Positions 37,852-47,691 of a stretch of DNA of 64,000 nucleotides are shown piece after piece. The position numbers and the translations under genes were made by a program. The DNA comes from Burkholderiales bacterium (GTDB lineage Bacteria > Pseudomonadota > Gammaproteobacteria > Burkholderiales > Casimicrobiaceae): the NCBI GenBank assembly GCA_046347855.1, contig JAXMFJ010000011.1:70843-134842 (forward strand), in the 5' to 3' direction. A model generated the notes under the pieces. It had not been told where the DNA came from. It saw only the letters and a program-made list of their open reading frames with translations, and did not search any database. The stretch's first letter is position 1; every line of letters begins with the position of its first letter.

Positions 37852-37969
37852 GGCGAATGTTCCGACGATCGGAGGCGGGGGGGAAGCCACGTGCGCACGC
37901 CATCCGACGAAGGGTGGCCGCAGGGCGGGCGAAGGGTGGGGAGGCACGCGCTGCGGGTCGCCTGCTGCG

Positions 37970-38055
37970 CTATGGTATTGTCAAACGTATTCAACATAGA
38001 CAGATGCCGACCGTCGCCGCGGATCGGCGACGGTTTGTCGGACGGGGCGTCCGAC
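37970..38055 (+). promoter_or_regulatory. AT-rich palindromic island followed by two GC hairpins upstream of the MBL-hmgA operon
   Basis: CTATG(37970)...CATAG(37999) arms around an AT-rich core; hairpins CCGTCGCCG-cggat-CGGCGACGG (38011-38033) and GTCGGACG-ggg-CGTCCGAC (38037-38055). Confidence 0.5.
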
Positions 38056-38138
38056 GGGTTGTCAAAAGGAAACCGCGCGGCCCACACTGGCAGCGCGCGC
38101 GCGGCACGACACGCTGCCCGCGAGGGATGGAGCACGCC

Positions 38139-39095
38139 ATGACACAGGACAAGAAGTTCGCATCGCAGGCCGATCTCGAGGAGAAGGTCGTAAGCTTCGA
38201 TCGCCTTTCGGAGCACGCGTTCGCCTACACGGCGCAGGGCGACCCGAACACGGGCATCGTGATCGGCGACGACGCCGTGATGGTTATCGACACGCAGGCC
38301 ACGCCCTTGATGGCGCAGGACGTGATCCGCCGCATCCGCGAGGTGACCGACAAGCCGATCCGCTACGTCACGCTCTCTCATTACCACGCCGTGCGGGTGC
38401 TTGGCGCCTCGGGTTATGCCCCGGAGCACGTGATCGCGAGCCGCGATACGTACGAGCTCATCGTCGAGCGCGGCGAGCAGGACATGAAGAGCGAGATCGA
38501 GCGTTTCCCCCGGCTCTTCCGCGCGGTGGAGACGGTGCCCGGCCTCACGTGGCCGACGATCGTGTTCGAGAAGCGCATGACGCTGTGGATGGGCAAGCTG
38601 CGCGTCGAGATCATGCAGCTCGGGCGCGGGCACACCCGGGGTGACACCGTGGTCTGGCTGCCCGACGAGCGCATCCTGTTCTCGGGTGACCTCGTCGAGT
38701 ACGCTGCCACGCCGTACACCGGCGACGCGTACCTCGCCGACTGGCCCGCGACACTCGACCGCATCGCCGCGCTGCAGCCTGCGAAGCTCGTCCCGGGCCG
38801 CGGCGCGTCGCTCATGGATCCCGAGCAGGTGAAGGCCGGGCTCGACGGCACGCGTGCGTTCGTCACGGCGCTCTACGAGAACGTGAAGCAGGGCGCGCGC
38901 GAGGGCAAGGACCTGCGCACCGTCTACCGCGAGACGTACGCGGCGCTGAAGCCGCGCTTCGGGGACTGGGTGATCTTCGACCACTGCCTGCCGTTCGACG
39001 TGTCGCGCGCCTACGACGAGGCGACGAGCCACGCCGATCCGCGCATCTGGACCGCGGAGCGCGACAAGGAAATGTGGCACGCGCTCGAAGGTTAG
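38139..39095 (+). CDS. Metallo-beta-lactamase-fold protein with non-canonical metal motif
   Basis: GDPNTG.VIGDD.VMVID, LSHYHAVRVLG, GHTRGD, LFSGDL, LVPGRG. Confidence 0.88.
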   Translation: MTQDKKFASQADLEEKVVSFDRLSEHAFAYTAQGDPNTGIVIGDDAVMVIDTQATPLMAQDVIRRIREVTDKPIRYVTLSHYHAVRVLGASGYAPEHVIASRDTYELIVERGEQDMKSEIERFPRLFRAVETVPGLTWPTIVFEKRMTLWMGKLRVEIMQLGRGHTRGDTVVWLPDERILFSGDLVEYAATPYTGDAYLADWPATLDRIAALQPAKLVPGRGASLMDPEQVKAGLDGTRAFVTALYENVKQGAREGKDLRTVYRETYAALKPRFGDWVIFDHCLPFDVSRAYDEATSHADPRIWTAERDKEMWHALEG

Positions 39096-39102
39096 CCGCG
39101 CC

Positions 39103-40743
39103 GTGACCGCGTACACGTACCCGCAGTACGAGTACCGCCGTGCGCCCGAGCTCGCGGGCGGCGGCCGCCGGCGCCCGGTGATCGTGGTGGGTGCGGGCCC
39201 GGTCGGGCTCACCGCGGCCATCGACCTCGCGCAGCGCGGCCTGCCGGTGCTGGTGCTCGACGAGGACAACACCGTGAGCGTCGGCTCGCGCGCGATCTGC
39301 TACTCGAAGCGCACGCTGGAGATCCTCGACCGCCTGGGCTGCGGCGAGCCGGTCGCGCGCCGCGGCGTCGACTGGAAGGTGGGCAAGGTGTACCAGGGCA
39401 GCGAGCTCGCGTACCAGTTCGACCTCCTGCCCGAGAGCGGCCACCGGCGCCCGGCCTTCGTGAACCTGCAGCAGTACCACTTCGAGGAGTGCCTCGTGGC
39501 GCGGGCGCGCGCGCTCGAGACGCTCGAGCTGCGCTGGCAGCACAAGGTCGTCGCGGTCGCACCGCGCGACGACGGCGCGACGCTGACCGTCGGCACTGCG
39601 GACGGCGATTACACGCTCGACTGCGACTGGCTCGTCGTGTGCGACGGCGCGCGCAGCCCGATCCGCCACATGCTCGGCCTCGACTTCGAGGGGCAGGTGT
39701 TCCGCGACCGCTTCCTCATCGCGGACATCCGCATGACGTCCGATTTCCCGGCGGAGCGCCGCTTCTGGTTCGACCCGCCGTTCCATCCGAACCAGTCCGT
39801 GCTGCTGCACCGGCAGGCCGACGACATCTGGCGCGTCGACTTCCAGCTGGGTTGGGACGCCGACCCCGAGGTGGAAAAGCAGCCCGAGCGCATCCTGCCG
39901 CGCCTGGCCGCGATGCTCGGCCCCGACGCGAAGTTCGAGATCGAGTGGGCGAGCGTGTACACGTTCCAGTGCCGGCGCATGCAGAAGTTCCGGCACGGGC
40001 GGCTCTTGTTCGCCGGCGATGCCGCCCATCTCGTGAGCCCGTTCGGCGCGCGCGGCGCGAACAGCGGCATCCAGGACGTCGACAACCTGGGCTGGAAGCT
40101 CGAGCTCGTGCTGCGCGGGTTGGCACCGGACTCGCTGCTCGACACCTACGACCGCGAGCGCGTGGACGCCGCCGACGAGAACCTGCGCAACTCCACGCGA
40201 TCGACCGACTTCATCACGCCGAAGAGCGCGATGTCACGCACGTTCCGCGACGCCGTGCTCTCGCTCGCGCGCAAGTATCCGTTCGCGCGCCGGCTGGTCA
40301 ACAGCGGCCGGCTGTCGGTGCCGGCGGTGCTGCACGACTCGCCGCTCAACACGCGCGACACGACGGAATTCGCAGGCGCGATGGTCCCCGGCACGGTGGC
40401 CGCCGACGCACCGGTGCACGGGCCGCACGGCGACTGGCTGCTCGATTACCTGGGCGGCGGCTTCGTGCTGCTCGCGTTCGGCAACGTGGTCCCGGCCGCG
40501 GCGGCGCATGCGCTCGAGAACGATAAGATCGGCTGCCGCGTGGTGACCGTCGGCGGCGCGGCCGGCGAGGGACGCGTCGTGCTGCACGATGCGCAGGGCC
40601 TGCTCGCGCAGCGCTACGACGGCCGCGACGGCACCTGCTACCTGCTGCGCCCCGACCAGCACGTCTGCGCCCGCTGGCGCAGCTTCGACCTCGCGGCCGT
40701 GCGCGCCGCGATCCGCCGCGCCACCGCGCAGCAGGGAGCCTGA
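39103..40743 (+). CDS. FAD-dependent aromatic monooxygenase (MhpA/PheA-like, with C-terminal thioredoxin-like domain)
   Basis: [55 protein letters not shown]. Confidence 0.9.
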   Translation: MTAYTYPQYEYRRAPELAGGGRRRPVIVVGAGPVGLTAAIDLAQRGLPVLVLDEDNTVSVGSRAICYSKRTLEILDRLGCGEPVARRGVDWKVGKVYQGSELAYQFDLLPESGHRRPAFVNLQQYHFEECLVARARALETLELRWQHKVVAVAPRDDGATLTVGTADGDYTLDCDWLVVCDGARSPIRHMLGLDFEGQVFRDRFLIADIRMTSDFPAERRFWFDPPFHPNQSVLLHRQADDIWRVDFQLGWDADPEVEKQPERILPRLAAMLGPDAKFEIEWASVYTFQCRRMQKFRHGRLLFAGDAAHLVSPFGARGANSGIQDVDNLGWKLELVLRGLAPDSLLDTYDRERVDAADENLRNSTRSTDFITPKSAMSRTFRDAVLSLARKYPFARRLVNSGRLSVPAVLHDSPLNTRDTTEFAGAMVPGTVAADAPVHGPHGDWLLDYLGGGFVLLAFGNVVPAAAAHALENDKIGCRVVTVGGAAGEGRVVLHDAQGLLAQRYDGRDGTCYLLRPDQHVCARWRSFDLAAVRAAIRRATAQQGA

Positions 40744-40748
40744 ACGCC

Positions 40749-40955
40749 ATGGCCAGCCTCGACGTGTCCCCCAATCTCGCGGCGCCCGACGATTTCTACG
40801 AGGCGCTGATCGCGTTGCATCGCGACCTCACCGACGCGCAGAGCGCCGCCGTCAACGCGCGGCTCATCCTGCTGCTCGCCAATCACGTCGGCGATGCGCA
40901 GGTGCTGCGCGAGGCGATGGCGGCGGCGCGCGCGGACATCCCGCCCGCGGCGTGA
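40749..40955 (+). CDS. DUF2783-like small protein
   Basis: [20 protein letters not shown]...[22 protein letters not shown]; 68 aa. Confidence 0.85.
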   Translation: MASLDVSPNLAAPDDFYEALIALHRDLTDAQSAAVNARLILLLANHVGDAQVLREAMAAARADIPPAA

Positions 40956-40990
40956 CCGCCGTACCGTTCGCAACATTCGCAGGAGGCATC

Positions 40991-42304
40991 ATGAGCACCG
41001 CACCGCACGCGCCCCTCGCCTACCAGACGGGCTTCGGCAACGAGTTCGCCACCGAAGCGCTGCCGGGCGCGCTGCCCGTCGGCCGCAATTCGCCGCAGAA
41101 GGCGCCGTACGGCCTCTACGCGGAGCAGACGTCGGGCACCGCGTTCACCGCGCCGCGCCACGCGAACCGCCGCGTGTGGACGTACCGCATCCGCCCGTCG
41201 GCGATGCACGAGCCGTTCCGGCAGATCGACAGCGGCCGCATCGTGAGCCGCTTCGGCGACGTCGTCACGCCGCCCAACCAGTTGCGCTGGGACCCGCTGC
41301 CGATGCCGCAGGCGCCCACCGATTTCGTCGCGGGCCTCGTGACGATGGCGGGGCAGGGCGATCCGTCGGCAATGTCGGGCTGCGCGATCCACCTGTACGC
41401 GTGCAACCGCCCGATGCAGGACCGCTACTTCTACAACGGCGACGGCGAGATGCTGATCGTGCCGCAGGCCGGCCGGCTCGCGATCGCCACGGAGCTCGGG
41501 CGGCTCGACGTGGCGCCGCTCGAGATCTGCGTGATCCCGCGCGGCCTGCGCTTCCGCGTCGAGCTGCCCGACGGCGAGGCACGCGGCTACGTCTGCGAGA
41601 ACTACGGCGCGCAGTTCCGCCTGCCGGATTTGGGCGTCATCGGCAGCAACGGCCTCGCCAACCCGCGCGACTTCCAGTACCCCGTCGCGTGGTACGAGGA
41701 CCGCGACGGGCCGTGCGAGCTCGTCGGCAAGTTCTTAGGCGAGATGTGGAGCGCGGCGATGGACCACTCGCCGCTCGACGTCGTGGCGTGGCACGGCAAC
41801 TACGCGCCGTACAAGTACGACCTCACGCGCTTCAACACGATCGGCTCCATCAGCTACGACCATCCCGACCCCTCGATCTTCCTCGTGCTGCAGGCGCAGA
41901 GCGACACGCCGGGCGTGGACGCGATCGACTTCGTGATCTTCCCGCCGCGCATCCTCGCGATGGAGGATACGTTCCGGCCGCCGTGGTTCCACCGCAACGT
42001 CGCGAGCGAGTTCATGGGCCTCGTGCACGGCGTGTACGACGCGAAGGCCGAAGGCTTCCGGCCGGGCGGCGCGAGCCTGCACAACTGCATGACGGGGCAC
42101 GGGCCCGATGCCGGCACGTTCGAGACGGCGAGCCGCATCGACACCCGCGAGCCGACGCGCATCCGGGACACGATGGCGTTCATGTTCGAGACGCGCGCCG
42201 CGATCCGCCCGACGCGCGCGGCGCTCGAGTCGGCGCAGCTGCAGCCCGAGTACTACCGCTGCTGGCAGGGCCTGCGCAAGCAGTTCGATCCGACCCGGAA
42301 GTAG
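40991..42304 (+). CDS. hmgA: Homogentisate 1,2-dioxygenase
   Basis: [64 protein letters not shown]; AGGAGG RBS. Confidence 0.97.
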   Translation: MSTAPHAPLAYQTGFGNEFATEALPGALPVGRNSPQKAPYGLYAEQTSGTAFTAPRHANRRVWTYRIRPSAMHEPFRQIDSGRIVSRFGDVVTPPNQLRWDPLPMPQAPTDFVAGLVTMAGQGDPSAMSGCAIHLYACNRPMQDRYFYNGDGEMLIVPQAGRLAIATELGRLDVAPLEICVIPRGLRFRVELPDGEARGYVCENYGAQFRLPDLGVIGSNGLANPRDFQYPVAWYEDRDGPCELVGKFLGEMWSAAMDHSPLDVVAWHGNYAPYKYDLTRFNTIGSISYDHPDPSIFLVLQAQSDTPGVDAIDFVIFPPRILAMEDTFRPPWFHRNVASEFMGLVHGVYDAKAEGFRPGGASLHNCMTGHGPDAGTFETASRIDTREPTRIRDTMAFMFETRAAIRPTRAALESAQLQPEYYRCWQGLRKQFDPTRK

Positions 42305-42308
42305 AGCG

Positions 42309-43088
42309 ATGCACGCGTACCAGAACCTCATCGTCGAGACGCGTGGCCGGGTGGGCGTGGTGCGCCTCAACCGCCCGCAGCGCCTCAACGCGCTCAACGA
42401 CGCGCTGGCCAAGGAGCTCTCCGAGGCGCTGCACGGCTTCGACGACGATCCCGCGATCGGCTGCATCGTGCTGACCGGCAACGAGCGCGCGTTCGCGGCG
42501 GGGGCCGACATCGGCGCGATGGCCGAGTGGGACTACGCGAAGGTGCTCGCCGACGACTACATCACGCGCGACTGGGAGGAGATCCGCCGCATCCGCAAGC
42601 CGGTGATCGCCGCGGTGGCCGGCTTCGCGCTCGGCGGCGGCTGCGAGCTCGCGATGGCGTGCGACGTCATCGTCGCCGCGGACACCGCGAAGTTCGGCCA
42701 GCCGGAGATCACGATCGGCACCATGCCCGGCATGGGCGGCACGCAGCGCCTGCCGCGCGCGGTCGGCAAGGCGAAGGCGATGGACTGGTGCCTCACCGGC
42801 CGCATGCTCGACGCCGCCGAAGCGGAGCGTGCGGGCCTCGTGTCGCGCGTGGTGGCCGCGGACAAGCTGGAGGAGGAGACGCTCGCGATGGCGGAGCGGA
42901 TCGCGTCGTACTCGCTGCCGGTGGTGATGAAGATCAAGGAGTCGATCAACCGCGCGTACGAGCTGCCGCTCTCCGAAGGCATGCTGTTCGAGCGCCGCGC
43001 GTTCCACGCGACCTTCGCGCTCGACGACCAGAAGGAAGGGATGCGGGCGTTCGTCGAAAAGCGCAAGCCGGCGTTCAAGCATCGCTAG
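42309..43088 (+). CDS. Enoyl-CoA hydratase (PaaF/EchA8-like)
   Basis: LNRPQRLNAL, AFAAGADI, GFALGGGCELAM.CD, KFGQPEI, PGMGGTQRL; both catalytic Glu present. Confidence 0.92.
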   Translation: MHAYQNLIVETRGRVGVVRLNRPQRLNALNDALAKELSEALHGFDDDPAIGCIVLTGNERAFAAGADIGAMAEWDYAKVLADDYITRDWEEIRRIRKPVIAAVAGFALGGGCELAMACDVIVAADTAKFGQPEITIGTMPGMGGTQRLPRAVGKAKAMDWCLTGRMLDAAEAERAGLVSRVVAADKLEEETLAMAERIASYSLPVVMKIKESINRAYELPLSEGMLFERRAFHATFALDDQKEGMRAFVEKRKPAFKHR

Positions 43089-43130
43089 CGCGCCGGACTG
43101 CTGCGACACGTAGCGCCGACGCCTACTTAG

Positions 43131-43173
43131 GGCTCCCTCGCCCCGCTTGCGGGGAGAGGGTTGGGGTGAGGGG
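43131..43173. repeat. REP family A, single copy
   Basis: GGCTCCCTCGCCCCGCTTGCGGGGAGAGGGTTGGGGTGAGGGG; GTAGCGCC at about 43110. Confidence 0.88.
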
Positions 43174-43252
43174 CCGGCGTCGCAAAGAGCGCCGGCGGTA
43201 GATCACGCGCAGCGCGTCGTGGGCGGTTCCCGATCCGCTAGAATTCCGCCCA

Positions 43253-43918
43253 ATGCCCGCCCCCACCTTCACCTCCGTCGCAGCCCGCCTCGCCCTCGCA
43301 AGCCTCGCCGCCCTCGTCGCGGCGTGCAGCACCATGACGTCGATGTCCGACAAGACGCAGGTCGAGCTGCAGTGGCGCGATCCCAAGTTCACGGCGCCGC
43401 CGATGCGGTCGCTGTTCGTCGTGAGCCTCATGAAGGTCGAGCCGGGCGGCCGCGACGCGGTCGAGGACGCGATCGTCGCGCGGCTCGCGCAGGCGGGCGT
43501 CAAGGGCGTCGCCTCGCACACGGTGATGTCGAACGATGCCGACAAGCCCGGGCCGACGCTCGAGGAGGCGATCAAGGCGTCGGGCGCGGAGGGCGTGCTG
43601 ATCGTCGAGGTGCGCGCGGTCGGCGTGTTCGAGTCGTACACCGTCGGCCGCACGATGACGTCGCTGGCGCCGGACACCGCGGCGTCGTACGACTTCCTGA
43701 AGAAGGAATACAAGCAGGACGAGGCCGGCGACTACAAGGTCGCGCGCATCGCGAGCCAGCTCTACACGCCCACGCTCGGCAAGGAAGTGTGGATCGCGTT
43801 CACGCACTCGTACGACGCCAACAACCTCGCCCGCAACCTGCCCGATTTCACCGCGAAGCTCGTCGGCGCGCTCGCCAGGGACGCGATGATCCCCGGCGCG
43901 CCCAAGCCCAACTCCTGA
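43253..43918 (+). CDS. Predicted lipoprotein of unknown function
   Basis: Lipobox LVAA|C; WRDP.F...P.RSLFVV, VEDAIVARL..AGV.GV. Confidence 0.75.
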   Translation: MPAPTFTSVAARLALASLAALVAACSTMTSMSDKTQVELQWRDPKFTAPPMRSLFVVSLMKVEPGGRDAVEDAIVARLAQAGVKGVASHTVMSNDADKPGPTLEEAIKASGAEGVLIVEVRAVGVFESYTVGRTMTSLAPDTAASYDFLKKEYKQDEAGDYKVARIASQLYTPTLGKEVWIAFTHSYDANNLARNLPDFTAKLVGALARDAMIPGAPKPNS

Positions 43919-43941
43919 TGGCTCACAAGGAAACCACCGTC

Positions 43942-44559
43942 ATGCGCATGCTGCGTCACTGCCTGGCCTTCGCCACTTTCGCGTTCCTCGCCGGCTGCCA
44001 GACCACGTCGATCCAGTCGGCGTGGTTCGACTCGACGTACAAGGGCGGCCCGTTCCGCAAGGTCGTCGTGCTCGCGAGCGACGGCACCACCGCCGACAGC
44101 CGCGTCTTCGAGGACATCTTCGTCGCCAAGCTGCAGGCCGCCGGCGTGCAGGCCGTGCCCGGCTACACGACCATCCCCGCGGACGCGCGCCGCGCCGAGG
44201 GCCCGTTCTCGGCCGCGGTGCAGGCCACCGGCGCGGACGGCGTGATCCTCGTGCGCCTGCTGCGCGTGGACACCAAGACGCAGGTCTCGACGATGATGGT
44301 GCCGGGCCCGATGGTCGGCCCGTGGGGCGGCTTCTACGGCCCGTACTTCGCGGGCGGCTTCTACGCGGTGCCGGACGTCACGCAGTACGAGGTCGCCTCC
44401 GTCGAGACCAACGTGTACGCCACCGCGACCAGGTCGCTGGTGTGGGCCGCAACCACGCAGACGGTGAACCCGACCACCGTGGCGCAGGAAGCGCCGGGGT
44501 ATGCGGATATCGTCATTGCGCAATTGCGGGCGCGCGGTTTGTTACCGGCGACGAAGTAG
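43942..44559 (+). CDS. Predicted lipoprotein, paralogous to the upstream gene (DUF4136-like layout)
   Basis: Lipobox FLAG|C; W.D..Y.GGPFRKVVV, FEDIFVAKL..AGV.AV, GWGGFYGPY-like Gly/Tyr stretch, ETNVY...T.SLVW. Alternative ATG 43918. Confidence 0.75.
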   Translation: MRMLRHCLAFATFAFLAGCQTTSIQSAWFDSTYKGGPFRKVVVLASDGTTADSRVFEDIFVAKLQAAGVQAVPGYTTIPADARRAEGPFSAAVQATGADGVILVRLLRVDTKTQVSTMMVPGPMVGPWGGFYGPYFAGGFYAVPDVTQYEVASVETNVYATATRSLVWAATTQTVNPTTVAQEAPGYADIVIAQLRARGLLPATK

Positions 44560-44638
44560 ACGACGAAGCGCGCCGTTCGGTTGCGCGCTGCTGGCGGCGT
44601 GAATGCCTATGCTTGCGGTTGTGCTGTGCGAGGTCCGG

Positions 44639-44879
44639 CCCCTCACCCCAACCCTCTCCCCCTTCGGGGGCGAGGGAGGTCTTCGTTGAGGCGATGGAGT
44701 GAACGTGCAGCGCCCCAAGTTCTCACTCTGTAACGCGCAACGCCCCAGAGGCTCCCTCGCCCCGCTTGCGGGGAGAGGGCTGGGGTGAGGGGCGCATTTT
44801 GGGGCGTTGCGCACTCACGCCGCCGCAACAACGAAGACCCCCCTCGCCCCCGAAGGGGGAGAGGGTTGGGGTGAGGGGC
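44639..44879. repeat. REP family A triplet with conserved linkers, between convergent genes
   Basis: Copies at 44639-44678 (forward), 44751-44793 and 44839-44879 (reverse). Linker GGTCTTCGTTG..GCG..GTGA..AGCGCCCCAAG shared with 13129-13170. Confidence 0.9.
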
Positions 44880-44912
44880 GAATTCCCTTCGCCGTGGCAG
44901 ACGCCGACCCGC

Positions 44913-45383
44913 CTACCTCCGGAAATACATCGACGCCCCGTCGACCAGCGTCAGCCGCAACTCCCCGTTCACGATCGCATAGCCCCCCGCACGCGCGAGC
45001 GCGCTCACGAACGCGTTGTCCTGCGAGCCCTGCGGGCACGCCATGCGCGTGAGCGCAGCAGGGCCCATGCGCATCGTCCCGCCCGCCACCTCGTACGCGC
45101 CGCCGCCGCGGTTGCAGTCCGCCTGCAGGAAATAGCGGCCGCCACCCTCGAAGCGGATGGTGTAGCTCTCGGGCTTCGCCGCGGGCACGCTGCGCCCGTC
45201 GGGATAGTCGATGCGCTGCCATTGCCAGGTGGGCCCGGCGAGCTCGCCGGCGGCGGCGGTCACGGCCGGCGGTGCGGCGCTCGCGGGATCGTACGAGGGC
45301 GCGCCGCGCATGCTCGTATCCGTTCCGCAGGCGGACAGCAGCGCGGCGGCGACGAAGAGGGCGGCAACGGGCTTGACGGACAT
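44913..45383 (-). CDS. META-domain (HslJ-like) lipoprotein
   Basis: Lipobox LLSA|C; LAGPTWQW, ADCNRGGG.Y, ALTRMACP..S.D..F...L. Confidence 0.88.
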   Translation of the reverse strand: MSVKPVAALFVAAALLSACGTDTSMRGAPSYDPASAAPPAVTAAAGELAGPTWQWQRIDYPDGRSVPAAKPESYTIRFEGGGRYFLQADCNRGGGAYEVAGGTMRMGPAALTRMACPQGSQDNAFVSALARAGGYAIVNGELRLTLVDGASMYFRR

Positions 45384-45415
45384 CGGCGCTCCTTGGCGCA
45401 GGCGGGAAGCCGCCA

Positions 45416-46303
45416 TTATCGCCGTTTGGCCGGTGCTCCGATCGCGTGCGCGGCAACGGCGCGGCCGCCGAGCATCGCCGTGAGCTCGCCCGCCGTGACG
45501 CGCACGAGCTCGCCCAGCGACTCGATGCGCTCCGGCGTGAAGCGGGTGACCGGACCGGCGAGCGAGAGCGCGGCCCACGGCGCACCGTTCTCGTCGAGCA
45601 CCGCGGCCGCCACGCAGCGCAGGCCGAGCGCGTGCTCCTCGTCGTCGATCGAGTAGCCGCGCGCGCGGATCGCGGCCAGCTCCTCCGCGAGGCGCTCCGG
45701 CGCGACGATCGTGTGCTCGGTGTAGCGGGGCAGCTCGGCGCGGCCGAGCGCGGCGCTCGCGCTGCGCGCGTCCATCGCGGCCAGCATCGCCTTGCCGACA
45801 CCCGACGCGTGCATCGGCGCGCGCGCGCCGAGCTTCGCGCTCATGCGCATCAGCTCGCGGCACTGCACCTGCTCGACGAACACCGCCTGCCCCGACTCGA
45901 TCACCGCGAGGTTCGCGGTCTCGCCGGACTGGTCCATGAGGTCCTTGAGGAACGGGTACGCCTGCACGACGAGGTTGCGGTGGTCGAGGAACGCGGTGCC
46001 GACGCGGAACGCGCGCACGCCCATGCGGAACTCGCCGTTGGCGGCCTGCTGCACGAAGCCCGCGGCCTCGAGCGTCGCGAGCAGGCGATGCGCGGTCGGC
46101 GCGGGCAGGTCGAGCTTGCCGGCAAGCGTGGTCAGCGTCGCGCCGGCGTCGGTGGCGGCGAGCGCCTCCAGCACCGCGAGGCCGCGCGAGAGGGCCTGCG
46201 TGTGCCCCGCGCCCTTGTCGGCGACGGCGCGCGCTCCAGCCGCGCGCGTGCGCCCGGAGGACGTGCTGCGCTTGGCGACGGCAGGGCGGACACGGGGAGC
46301 CAT
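45416..46303 (-). CDS. IclR/AllR-type transcriptional regulator
   Basis: QALSRGL.VLE.LA, LP.PT.HRLL.TL...GFV, SGETANL, PMHASGVGKA, DDEEH..GLRCVAA. Confidence 0.92.
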   Translation of the reverse strand: MAPRVRPAVAKRSTSSGRTRAAGARAVADKGAGHTQALSRGLAVLEALAATDAGATLTTLAGKLDLPAPTAHRLLATLEAAGFVQQAANGEFRMGVRAFRVGTAFLDHRNLVVQAYPFLKDLMDQSGETANLAVIESGQAVFVEQVQCRELMRMSAKLGARAPMHASGVGKAMLAAMDARSASAALGRAELPRYTEHTIVAPERLAEELAAIRARGYSIDDEEHALGLRCVAAAVLDENGAPWAALSLAGPVTRFTPERIESLGELVRVTAGELTAMLGGRAVAAHAIGAPAKRR

Positions 46304-46340
46304 GGTGGCGCGATTCTAGCATCCGGCGCCGCGCGCCGAA

Positions 46341-46365
46341 GAATGTGAAAGTGGTTTTCATATTC
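46341..46365. promoter_or_regulatory. Putative IclR operator palindrome
   Basis: GAATGTGAAA-GTGGT-TTTCATATTC (arms 9/10 complementary). Overlaps the -35 region of a promoter whose TAGAAT lies at 46384-46389. Confidence 0.75.
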
Positions 46366-46418
46366 ACCGCGGCGGCCGGCGTATAGAATCATCCTTTGCC
46401 CACGGCACGCCGCTGCCC

Positions 46419-47684
46419 ATGCCCGCCACGCCGGACGCCGTCCTGCCGCACCTCGCCGCGCACCGCGTGTGGGAGCAGTGCGATGCGCTCGCGCGCCATT
46501 CGGAGCTGCCCGGCGGCCTCACGCGCGTCTTCCTCTCGCCGCAGCAGCGCGAGGTGAATGCGCTCGTGCTCGCGTGGATGCGCGAGGCGGGCATGCACGC
46601 GCGCCTCGACGCGCTCGGCAACTGCGTGGGCCGCTACGAGGGCGCGACGCCCGGCGCGCCGTGCCTCATGCTGGGCTCGCACCTCGACACCGTGCGCGAC
46701 GCCGGGCGCTACGACGGCATGCTCGGCGTGCTGTGCGCGATCGAATGCGTCCGCGCGCTCGCGCAGGCGGACGTCCGCCTGCCGTTCGCGGTGGAAGTGG
46801 TGGGCTTCGGCGACGAGGAGGGCGTGCGCTACGGCTCCACGCTGCTCGGCAGCCGCGCGGTCGCGGGCACGTTCGATCCCGCGCTGCTCGACAAGACCGA
46901 CGGCGACGGCATCGCGCTGCGCGACGCGCTCGCCGCGTTCGGGCTCGATCCCGCGCGCCATCGCGACGCCGCGCGCACGCCCCCCGAGGTGCTCGCCTAC
47001 GCGGAGCTGCACATCGAGCAGGGGCCGGTGCTCGAGGCGCACGGCCTGCCGGTGGGCGTGGTCACCGCGATCAACGGCGGCAACCGCTTCGCGATCGAGA
47101 TCGCCGGCATGGCGGGGCACGCGGGGACGGTGCCGATGACGCTGCGGCGCGACGCGCTCGCGGCGGCGGCGGAATGCGTGCTCGCCACCGAGCGCATCGC
47201 GTCCTCGCTGCCCGACGTCGTGGGCACCGTCGGGCGCATCGCCGCGCTGCCCGGCGCGATGAACGTGATCCCCGGCCGAGTGTCGTTCTCGCTCGACGTG
47301 CGCGCGCCCACCGATGCGCAGCGGCACGACGCCGTCGCCGCGATCACCGGCGAGTTCGCGCGCATCGCCGCCCGCCGCAACGTCGCGCTCTCGGCCGCGC
47401 CGCTGTGGGAGGCGAAGACCGCGCCGTGCGCGCCGGACCTGCAGCGCCAGATCGCCGCCGCGATCGCCGCCGAGGGCATCCCCGTTCATCACCTGCCGTC
47501 GGGCGCGGGGCACGACGGCATGGCGCTCGTCGACATCGCGCCCATCGGCATGCTGTTCGTCCGCTGCAGGGACGGCATCAGCCACAACCCCGCGGAAGCG
47601 GTGACGGAGGCCGACGTCGCGACGGGGCTGCGCGTGCTCGCGCGGTTCATCCTCGCGTTCGCGCCGCCGCCGCGCCACACCTGA
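46419..47684 (+). CDS. Allantoate amidohydrolase / N-carbamoyl-amino-acid hydrolase (M20 family)
   Basis: GSHLDTV..AGRYDGMLGV, FGDEEG.RY, ELHIEQGPVLE, GHAGTVPM..R.DAL, SGAGHDGM, GISHNPAE. Confidence 0.9.
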   Translation: MPATPDAVLPHLAAHRVWEQCDALARHSELPGGLTRVFLSPQQREVNALVLAWMREAGMHARLDALGNCVGRYEGATPGAPCLMLGSHLDTVRDAGRYDGMLGVLCAIECVRALAQADVRLPFAVEVVGFGDEEGVRYGSTLLGSRAVAGTFDPALLDKTDGDGIALRDALAAFGLDPARHRDAARTPPEVLAYAELHIEQGPVLEAHGLPVGVVTAINGGNRFAIEIAGMAGHAGTVPMTLRRDALAAAAECVLATERIASSLPDVVGTVGRIAALPGAMNVIPGRVSFSLDVRAPTDAQRHDAVAAITGEFARIAARRNVALSAAPLWEAKTAPCAPDLQRQIAAAIAAEGIPVHHLPSGAGHDGMALVDIAPIGMLFVRCRDGISHNPAEAVTEADVATGLRVLARFILAFAPPPRHT

Positions 47685-47691
47685 GACGACG

